Positions 57,358-64,000 of a stretch of DNA of 64,000 bases are shown here, one piece after another. The position numbers were made by a program, and so were the translations under genes. The notes under the pieces are model-generated. The model was given only the letters and a program-made list of their open reading frames with translations, did not search any database and was not told the DNA's origin. The DNA is taken from NCBI RefSeq assembly GCF_009936135.1, contig NZ_CP047901.1, forward strand, positions 475,643 through 539,642, written 5' to 3'. The stretch is from Candidatus Chazhemtobacterium aquaticus. Lineage in GTDB: Bacteria; Patescibacteriota; Microgenomatia; UBA1400; Chazhemtobacteraceae. Numbering within the stretch: position 1 is the first letter of the stretch; every line of letters starts with the position of its first letter.

Positions 57358-58464
57358 ATGAAAATCGGTATCGACGCCCGCCTCTATGGCCCCAAACACA
57401 CCGGCATCGGCCGTTATGTCCAGGAGCTGGTTAGTCAGCTCATCCCTCTCTCTCCCAAAGACCAGTTTATTATTTTCGGTGATCCCAAACTCCTCTCTGA
57501 TCTAGAGTCCTTCTCCAACGTCACCATCGTTCCTCTCAAGACCCCTATCTACTCGCTTGCCGAGCAACTCATCAATCCCTTCATTTTCTACTCCCATCAT
57601 CTTGATCTGCTCCACGTTCCCCACTTTAACGCTCCCTTGTTGTACTTCAAAAAAACTATCATCACCATCCACGACCTAATCAAACATCTCTCCACTGGCC
57701 CCGACACTACCACCTTGCCTTCCTGGCAGTATCGCATCAAGCACCTAGCCTATCGCTTCCTTATCAGTCGCAATCTTAAAACCTCTACCGCTATCATCAC
57801 TCCTTCTCACTACTGGAAAAACTATCTCATCACTCAATTAAAGGTGCCCTCAGCCAAAATCTTTGTCACCTACGAAGCGGTTAACGCTGGTCTCAAACCA
57901 GTCGATACTCCAGACAAAACCTTGCTTAAAAAATACTCCCTCAAAAAGCCCTATATCATCTACACCGGCAATCTCTACCCCCACAAAAACGTCAATCTCC
58001 TCATTAACGCCGTCAATTCTTTTAACGCCAATCACTCTCTTAACCTTAAACTCGGTATCATTGCCGGCCGTTCTGCTTTTCACAAACGGGTTACTAAAAG
58101 CGATGCCATTGTCCCTCTAGGCTACGTACCCGACCAGGACTTACCCCACATATATGCACAAGCCCTTGCCTTAGTTCAGCCATCGTTAATCGAGGGCTTT
58201 GGTTTAACTGGTCTTGAAGCCATGAAATTAAAAACCCCAGTTGTCAGTAGCAACGCCACCTGTTTACCCGAGGTTTATGGCCAGGCCGCCCTCTACTTTG
58301 ACCCATACGACCAGCAGGATCTGGAAGAAAAAATTTCCTGGATTGTTAAGGAACATGACTTAAGACAGCGCTTGGTTGATAGGGGACTGTCCCATGTCAC
58401 TCAGTTCAGCTGGACCAAGACTGCTCGTCAGACTCTCAAGGCCTACAAATATGCGTTCAAGTAA
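57358..58464 (+). CDS. Glycosyltransferase family 4.
   Basis: VQPSLIEGFGLTGLEAMKLKTPVVSSNATCLPEVYG. Confidence 0.75.
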   Translation: MKIGIDARLYGPKHTGIGRYVQELVSQLIPLSPKDQFIIFGDPKLLSDLESFSNVTIVPLKTPIYSLAEQLINPFIFYSHHLDLLHVPHFNAPLLYFKKTIITIHDLIKHLSTGPDTTTLPSWQYRIKHLAYRFLISRNLKTSTAIITPSHYWKNYLITQLKVPSAKIFVTYEAVNAGLKPVDTPDKTLLKKYSLKKPYIIYTGNLYPHKNVNLLINAVNSFNANHSLNLKLGIIAGRSAFHKRVTKSDAIVPLGYVPDQDLPHIYAQALALVQPSLIEGFGLTGLEAMKLKTPVVSSNATCLPEVYGQAALYFDPYDQQDLEEKISWIVKEHDLRQRLVDRGLSHVTQFSWTKTARQTLKAYKYAFK

Positions 58465-59599
58465 TCTAAACGACTTAAAAATTGCCTTAGTATACGATCG
58501 AGTTAACAAGTTTGGCGGGGCCGAGCGAGTCATTCAACAACTCCATCAACTCTTTCCCAAAGCTCCTCTCTATACCCTTGTTTACGACCCAGCAAAGGCT
58601 ACCTGGGCCTCCGGTATGGATGTTCGTCCCAGTTTCCTTAATCTTCCATTCCTGCGTTCCCATCATGAACTCTTAGCCCCTCTTGCCCCCCTAGCTTTTG
58701 AGACCTTTAACTTTAATGATTATAATTTGGTCATCTCCATCACCAGCGAATCAGCCAAAGCCGTTATCACCAAGCCTAATACTCTGCATGTCTGTTACTG
58801 CCTTACTCCCACCCGCTATCTCTGGTCGGGACGGCAAGAGTATTTAACACACCCCGGTTTGGGTATCTTATCTCCTCTAGTGAAAAGATATTTGCACAAG
58901 AACATAAAAAAATATCAAAAAAACGATCTTTACCTTTCTCATCGACCTGATCACTACATCGCCATCTCCCAAGAGGTTCAATCAAGGATAAGACGCTACT
59001 ATCACCGACCCTCATCCGTTATCTATCCACCCATTAACTACGACTATTTCTCCAGAGCACCTAGATTAAAACGGACTCACTATCTCTTCGTCAGTCGCTT
59101 AGTTCCTTACAAAAAAGCCGATTTGGTCATCAACGCTTTTGCCCATCCCAGCCTTCAATCATCCAACTTAATCGTGGTTGGCTCAGGTTCTCAAAGCTCA
59201 TCACTTAAACGCCAAGCTACTCACAACGTCAAGTTCCTCTCCTCTGTCTCTGACCAACAATTAAGGCGTCTTTATGCTTCCGCCAAAGCCTTGATTTTTC
59301 CTTCCCATGAGGACTTTGGACTTGTCCCCCTTGAGGCTCAGGCCTGCGGCACGCCGGTTCTTGCCTACAACCAGGGCGGTGCCCAAGAAACTGTCATTGA
59401 GGGCAAAACAGGCCTCTTCTTTACCTCTCAGACAATCAAAGCTATCATCAATGCCATCACTAAATTCGAAAAGCAAACCACCATATCCTCCGTTCTCTGC
59501 CGCAAAAACGCCGCTCGTTTCTCGCCCCTTGTCTTTCAACATCAATTATCTGCTACATTAAAAATACTATGGCAAAAGCACCAGCAAACCTATATGTAG
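58451..59599 (+). CDS. Glycosyltransferase family 4.
   Basis: ATG at 58451 (MRSSNLNDLKIALVYD). FPSHEDFGLVPLEAQACGTPVLAYNQGGAQETV. Confidence 0.7.
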   Translation: MRSSNLNDLKIALVYDRVNKFGGAERVIQQLHQLFPKAPLYTLVYDPAKATWASGMDVRPSFLNLPFLRSHHELLAPLAPLAFETFNFNDYNLVISITSESAKAVITKPNTLHVCYCLTPTRYLWSGRQEYLTHPGLGILSPLVKRYLHKNIKKYQKNDLYLSHRPDHYIAISQEVQSRIRRYYHRPSSVIYPPINYDYFSRAPRLKRTHYLFVSRLVPYKKADLVINAFAHPSLQSSNLIVVGSGSQSSSLKRQATHNVKFLSSVSDQQLRRLYASAKALIFPSHEDFGLVPLEAQACGTPVLAYNQGGAQETVIEGKTGLFFTSQTIKAIINAITKFEKQTTISSVLCRKNAARFSPLVFQHQLSATLKILWQKHQQTYM

Positions 59600-60669
59600 T
59601 TATCATCGCCGGCGGTGTTGGCACCCGTCTCTGGCCCAAATCAAGGAAGGCTCTGCCCAAGCAATTCTTCCACCTTGATGGCGATTTATCCTTAAGTCAA
59701 TTAACCTACCAAAGGCTAAAAGGCTTTATACCCGATGATCACATTTACGTAGTTGCTCCTGCCCATTACCGATCTCAGATTCAAAAGAATTTACCCCAGA
59801 TCCCTAAACAAAACCGGCTTTTAGAGCCGGTTAAACAAGGTACTACTGCCGCCAACTTGTTAAGTGCCTCGGTTATCTACCATCGTGACCCCAATGCTAT
59901 CGTTCACCTCCTAGTTGCCGACGACTATCTTCAAGACATTCCCCGTTTCCATCGCATGTCTAGTCTAGCTGCCCAGCAAGCCGCTGATGACTCGGTCATA
60001 GTTTTCGGCGTCAAGCCCCGTTCACCTCACACCGGCTTTGGCTATATCAAAACCGGTAAAAAGCTCTCTACTCATGGGGATATTCAGGTTTTCAAAGCCC
60101 TAAAATTTGTTGAGAAACCCGACGAAAGAAGAGCTCGTCGTTACGTTAGCTCCAGTAATTACTACTGGCATGGTTCTGGTTTTGCTGCCCCAGTTCAGCT
60201 CATTCTTGATACCCTTTCGGCCAGTCCTCAGATCAACTCGATTGTCACCAAGATTAACCAGCACGTTGCTTCTGGTAAGAGCCTTAACCGGCCCGCTTTC
60301 CTTAAGCTATACAAACAGATCACCAAGGACCCCATCGAGACAACCTTTCTAGAGAAAGTTAAATCCACCAAGATGATTACTCTGGAGGATACCTGGAATG
60401 ATGTTGGCAGCTGGGCGCAGGTTTATGAGATCTTTCCCAAAGATGCTCAGCGCAATGTTATCCTAGGCAATCCCAAGAATGTCGTCACCCGAAACTCCTT
60501 CCACAATCTCATCTTCGCCAGTGATCGCCTCATCGCTATCACCGACATGGAGGGCATGGTTATAGTTGATACTGGTGACGCTCTTCTGGCCTGCCCCATG
60601 GTTAATGCCCAGAATGTTAAAGCTTTAGTCGAAATTCTAAAATCATTAAAACTAGACAAATTAATTTAA
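59569..60669 (+). CDS. manC: Mannose-1-phosphate guanylyltransferase (GDP-mannose pyrophosphorylase), short form without PMI domain.
   Basis: LYVVIIAGGVGTRLWPKSRKALPKQF nucleotidyltransferase motif. Length and domain order match ManC/CpsB. Confidence 0.8.
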   Translation: MAKAPANLYVVIIAGGVGTRLWPKSRKALPKQFFHLDGDLSLSQLTYQRLKGFIPDDHIYVVAPAHYRSQIQKNLPQIPKQNRLLEPVKQGTTAANLLSASVIYHRDPNAIVHLLVADDYLQDIPRFHRMSSLAAQQAADDSVIVFGVKPRSPHTGFGYIKTGKKLSTHGDIQVFKALKFVEKPDERRARRYVSSSNYYWHGSGFAAPVQLILDTLSASPQINSIVTKINQHVASGKSLNRPAFLKLYKQITKDPIETTFLEKVKSTKMITLEDTWNDVGSWAQVYEIFPKDAQRNVILGNPKNVVTRNSFHNLIFASDRLIAITDMEGMVIVDTGDALLACPMVNAQNVKALVEILKSLKLDKLI

Positions 60670-60679
60670 AAAAACACTC

Positions 60680-61306
60680 ATGTTCTACGATCTAGCCAAA
60701 CGCTTACTTGATCTACTCGCCGCCCTCACTCTCATTGTCCTCTTCGTCCCCGTTTGGATCATTGTGCCACTCTTAATCAAGTTTGACTCAGCAGGTCCCA
60801 TCTTCTTTCTTCAGAAGCGTCTTGGTAAAAATGGCCGGGTCTTTAAGATCATCAAATTTCGCACCATGCGTACCGACGCCGAGGAATACTGGAAGAATCA
60901 CCCCAAACTCTACCAGAAGTTCAAGAAACAAAGCTGGAAGCTTACCCTAGATGAAGATCCTCGTGTTACCAAGTTAGGCCGGGTTCTTCGCCAAACCTCG
61001 ATAGACGAGTTTCCCCAGGTCTTCAACGTTCTACTTGGTAGTATGAGTTTAATCGGTCCCCGTCCCATCCGTGATATCGAAGCCAAAGACGCTATCAGGC
61101 GGTATGGTAAGAAGATTAAAGAGCAGATTGATACAAGTCTAACCGTCAAACCAGGTATCTCCGGCCCCTGGCAAGTCTCTGGTCGCAACGACATTCCCTG
61201 GGACAAGCGTCTAAAAATTGACGCCCAATATGCTAGTCGTCGCAATCTTTTAGATGACCTGCGCATCATTCTCAAGACCCCTCTGGCCATGATCAGCAAA
61301 TGGTAG
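60680..61306 (+). CDS. Polyprenyl-phosphate hexose-1-phosphate transferase (small bacterial sugar transferase, PglC/WbaP-C-terminal type); initiating enzyme.
   Basis: Single N-terminal TM plus [55 protein letters not shown]...PRP...GPWQVSGRN. Confidence 0.8.
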   Translation: MFYDLAKRLLDLLAALTLIVLFVPVWIIVPLLIKFDSAGPIFFLQKRLGKNGRVFKIIKFRTMRTDAEEYWKNHPKLYQKFKKQSWKLTLDEDPRVTKLGRVLRQTSIDEFPQVFNVLLGSMSLIGPRPIRDIEAKDAIRRYGKKIKEQIDTSLTVKPGISGPWQVSGRNDIPWDKRLKIDAQYASRRNLLDDLRIILKTPLAMISKW

Positions 61307-61341
61307 TCTTCCATTTCTATATTTTGGTAAACTAAATCGAT

Positions 61342-63345
61342 ATGCAACTCAAGAAGCTTGATCTAAGTGAAGGTGTTTCTGCTGCCGAGGATGTTAAACC
61401 TGTATCAGATCCAGACGTATCATCAACTGATCCGGTCAAACCTGCTCCTGACACATCAAAATCTGAACCAACTGATCCCAAAACACTCAAGACTCGTCGT
61501 AGCCTTAAAAAACCCTTAATTATTCTCTCAGTTATACTCCTGCTTCTTCTTATAACCACGGCCGCCCTAGCTATTCCTGCCTATCTCATGATGACTCCCG
61601 CCAAGCTTACCTTAAGCTCTGCTCAAAATGCCGCCGCCGCTCTTCAAAGTCAGGACCTGGCTGCCACCCAATCAGAGTTAGTTGCTGCCAAGGATCACCT
61701 AGTCAAAACTCAACAACAGTATCGCTATCTCTCCTGGACCAAGTATGTCCCCATCATTCGCAACTACTACCTTGATGGTGAACGAGGCCTACAAGGTGCC
61801 TATCACGCCATCGAAGCTGGTCAATCCCTGGCCGTTGCCATCGAGCCCTATGCCGACCTACTTGGCTTTAAAGTCAGTACTGAGTCGGCTCAACCGGATG
61901 CTACCTCAGCCGAGGAGCGCATTGTTTTCTTGGCCCAGACTCTGGAAGCCATCTCTCCGCAACTAGAACAGGTAGCCAAGGATCTTGACCTGGCTCGTGA
62001 CCAGATCAACCAAATTGATCCCAACCGCTATCCGGTTACCGTTGCCAACAAACCAATTCGCGCCAATGTCAAAAAACTTCAGGAAACCCTCTCTGCAGCC
62101 CATCTGGCTCTAACCGAAGCCAAGCCCTTGATTGCTCTCTTGCCTGACCTGCTTGGCCAAAACGGCGAAAAAGTATATATGCTTCTTTTCCAAAACGATG
62201 CTGAGCTTCGCCCCACCGGAGGCTTTATGACTGCCTACGCTTATGTCAAGGTTGATCGAGGCAAATTGACCCCGCTTGATTCTTACGATATCTACGATCT
62301 GGATGCTCGCTGGAACAAAATCCTACCCGCCCCCGATCCCATCAAAAAATACCTGCCTCTGGTCAACAACTGGAATCTTCGTGATATGAATCTGAGTCCC
62401 GACTTCAAGGTTAGTATGGAAACCTTTCTAAAACATTACCAAGAAATTCCCGGGGTCAGACAGATCGATGGTATCATCGCCCTTGATACCCAGGTTCCAG
62501 TAGAATTACTCAAAGTTCTAGGCCCCATCGGCGTTGGCGGCTGGGGAGAGTTCAGTGCTGAAAATGATCCCCGTTGTGATTGTCCGCAGGTTGTATATGC
62601 CCTGGAAAATATCGCCACCAGACCCACCAACTATATCCGTGAAGACAGAAAGGCTGTTTTAGGTCCTTTAATGCATTCCATTATTGCCAATGCCATGGGT
62701 TCGCCCAAATCCACCTGGCCTCAGCTACTTAATGTTGGCCTCAATGCCTTAAAGGAAAAGCATCTTTTGCTTTACTTCCCGCAGGAGTCTTCTCAAACCT
62801 CAGCCGAGGGCTTTAATGCTGCCGGCCGTATTCGTTCCTTTGAGGGTGATTATCTCCACATCAACGACACCAACTTTGCCGGTGCCAAGTCCAATATGTT
62901 CATCACCCAGACTGTTGAGCAAGACATCACCCTAGACGCCAATGGTTCTGTCACCAAGACCGTCACTATTACTTACGACAACCCTCATCCGCCCAGCAAC
63001 TGTGACCTCGAGACAGCCGGCCTCTGTCTTAACGGAGTTTACCGAGACTGGGTCAGACTTTATGTTCCTAAAGGATCTACCCTAACCGAGGTGGTTGGTT
63101 CTGAAGTAGCTGCCGTCACTAACGAGGACTTAGGTAAAACCGTTTTTGAAGCCTTCTTTACTCTAAGGCCCCAGTCATCCAGCAAATTAGTCTTTACCTA
63201 CCAGCTGCCCGACACTTACTCCACTCCTTTCCCCATGCTCATCCAAAAACAACCTGGCAAACCCAATATCACCCACTCCATTATCTTCAACGGCCAGCCT
63301 GTTGAGTACACCGTTCAGGGTGATCTGGAGATTACCCTTCCATGA
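61342..63345 (+). CDS. DUF4012-domain membrane-anchored protein (polysaccharide-locus associated).
   Basis: N-terminal low-complexity region then a TM, and [29 protein letters not shown] matching the DUF4012 N(A/P)ELRPTGG core. Confidence 0.6.
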   Translation: MQLKKLDLSEGVSAAEDVKPVSDPDVSSTDPVKPAPDTSKSEPTDPKTLKTRRSLKKPLIILSVILLLLLITTAALAIPAYLMMTPAKLTLSSAQNAAAALQSQDLAATQSELVAAKDHLVKTQQQYRYLSWTKYVPIIRNYYLDGERGLQGAYHAIEAGQSLAVAIEPYADLLGFKVSTESAQPDATSAEERIVFLAQTLEAISPQLEQVAKDLDLARDQINQIDPNRYPVTVANKPIRANVKKLQETLSAAHLALTEAKPLIALLPDLLGQNGEKVYMLLFQNDAELRPTGGFMTAYAYVKVDRGKLTPLDSYDIYDLDARWNKILPAPDPIKKYLPLVNNWNLRDMNLSPDFKVSMETFLKHYQEIPGVRQIDGIIALDTQVPVELLKVLGPIGVGGWGEFSAENDPRCDCPQVVYALENIATRPTNYIREDRKAVLGPLMHSIIANAMGSPKSTWPQLLNVGLNALKEKHLLLYFPQESSQTSAEGFNAAGRIRSFEGDYLHINDTNFAGAKSNMFITQTVEQDITLDANGSVTKTVTITYDNPHPPSNCDLETAGLCLNGVYRDWVRLYVPKGSTLTEVVGSEVAAVTNEDLGKTVFEAFFTLRPQSSSKLVFTYQLPDTYSTPFPMLIQKQPGKPNITHSIIFNGQPVEYTVQGDLEITLP

Positions 63346-63896
63346 GCGAGTTAAAAAACTTCTCTGATCAAGCTGTTGTCATCAAAAGACATAACTTCGG
63401 TGAGGCCGATCGCATTGTTACCCTGTTTACCCTCAAACATGGTAAGTTAGTCGCCGTCGCCAAGGGGGTGAGAAAATCCACTTCCAGAAAAGCGCCTCAT
63501 ATCGAGCCGTTTTCGTACTCCAGTCTCTACTTTGCCACCACCAGAGGCATGCCCATCATTACTCAAGCCGAGACCATCAACAGCTTTGACCACATCAGGA
63601 ACAATCTTCAAACTACCAGGTTGGCCTTTCACGCCATCGAGGTTATCGACAAAATCTTTGTCGAACAGCAAGCCCAGCCAGAAGCCTTTCACCAACTTCT
63701 AAAACTACTAACCCTGCTTGACCAATCCAACCTTATCACCCAGACCGATCAGGAACTCGCCCTCACTCAGTTTCACAAAGATCTTTTAAGTGACTTAGGT
63801 TTCGGCATGCCCAGACATCAAGACGCCAAGTCCTTACTAGATTACATTGAGCACATCATTGACCGCCGCTTGACCGCCAGCAAACACCTTTCTTAA
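63342..63896 (+). CDS. recO: DNA repair protein RecO (short form).
   Basis: N-terminal OB-fold region AVVIKRHNFGEADRIVTLFTLKHGKLVAVAKGVRKSTSRK, typical of RecO. At 184 aa it is short. Confidence 0.65.
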   Translation: MSELKNFSDQAVVIKRHNFGEADRIVTLFTLKHGKLVAVAKGVRKSTSRKAPHIEPFSYSSLYFATTRGMPIITQAETINSFDHIRNNLQTTRLAFHAIEVIDKIFVEQQAQPEAFHQLLKLLTLLDQSNLITQTDQELALTQFHKDLLSDLGFGMPRHQDAKSLLDYIEHIIDRRLTASKHLS

Positions 63897-64000
63897 AAAC
63901 CAAATCTAGCCACAAACATTCTCAATCTTGACATTAACGGGTAGTATTAAATGGTCGGCTCAAAACCCCCCTATATTAATAATTAGCTTGTTAAAAAAGC

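Noticed and set aside
1-64000. CRISPR arrays, tRNA and rRNA genes, IS elements and integrases
   Set aside because: There are no regularly spaced direct repeats and no tRNA cloverleaf or T-loop candidates in the few intergenic gaps. No transposase or integrase motifs (DDE, tyrosine recombinase RHRY) were seen in any ORF.

Overview
The window reads as one very large cell-surface glycan / glycoconjugate biosynthesis island running from the window start to about 63.3 kb, ending at recO. GC is about 45-48% with AT-rich sub-islands, and genes are densely packed and often overlapping. Function calls rest on recognisable protein motifs; no database search was run. I count about 31 glycosyltransferases: about 13 polytopic GT-C-fold membrane enzymes, about 10 GT2 and 8 GT4. 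At least 5 of the GT-C enzymes are GT39/PMT/ArnT-like paralogs with an N-terminal DE-type loop motif; the GT2 set includes one Dpm1/GtrB-like polyprenyl-phosphate-sugar synthase. Also present are a GDP-mannose supply pair (ManC, Gmd), a small polyprenyl-phosphate sugar-phosphate transferase, two Wzx-like flippases, an O-antigen-ligase/Wzy-like protein, a DUF4012 protein, three SAM methyltransferases, a hexapeptide acetyltransferase, and a B12-binding radical-SAM enzyme next to an FNR-like flavoprotein reductase. Embedded non-glycan elements are an AbiEi/AbiEii type IV toxin-antitoxin pair, a membrane-anchored Cys-rich thermonuclease preceded by a truncated HlyD-like adaptor, a transglutaminase-like protein, and a 39-bp tandem-repeat small protein. 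A compositionally foreign, GC-rich 350-bp micro-locus at 7163-7509 carries a promoter-like site, a hairpin, a strong SD, a 34-aa sORF and a terminator-like stem. No rRNA, tRNA or CRISPR array was recognised. The content (expanded PMT-like GT-Cs, heavy gene overlap, -10 boxes abutting start codons, a short RecO) is consistent with a small-genome Patescibacteria/CPR-like or similar Gram-positive-type organism; that is inference only.
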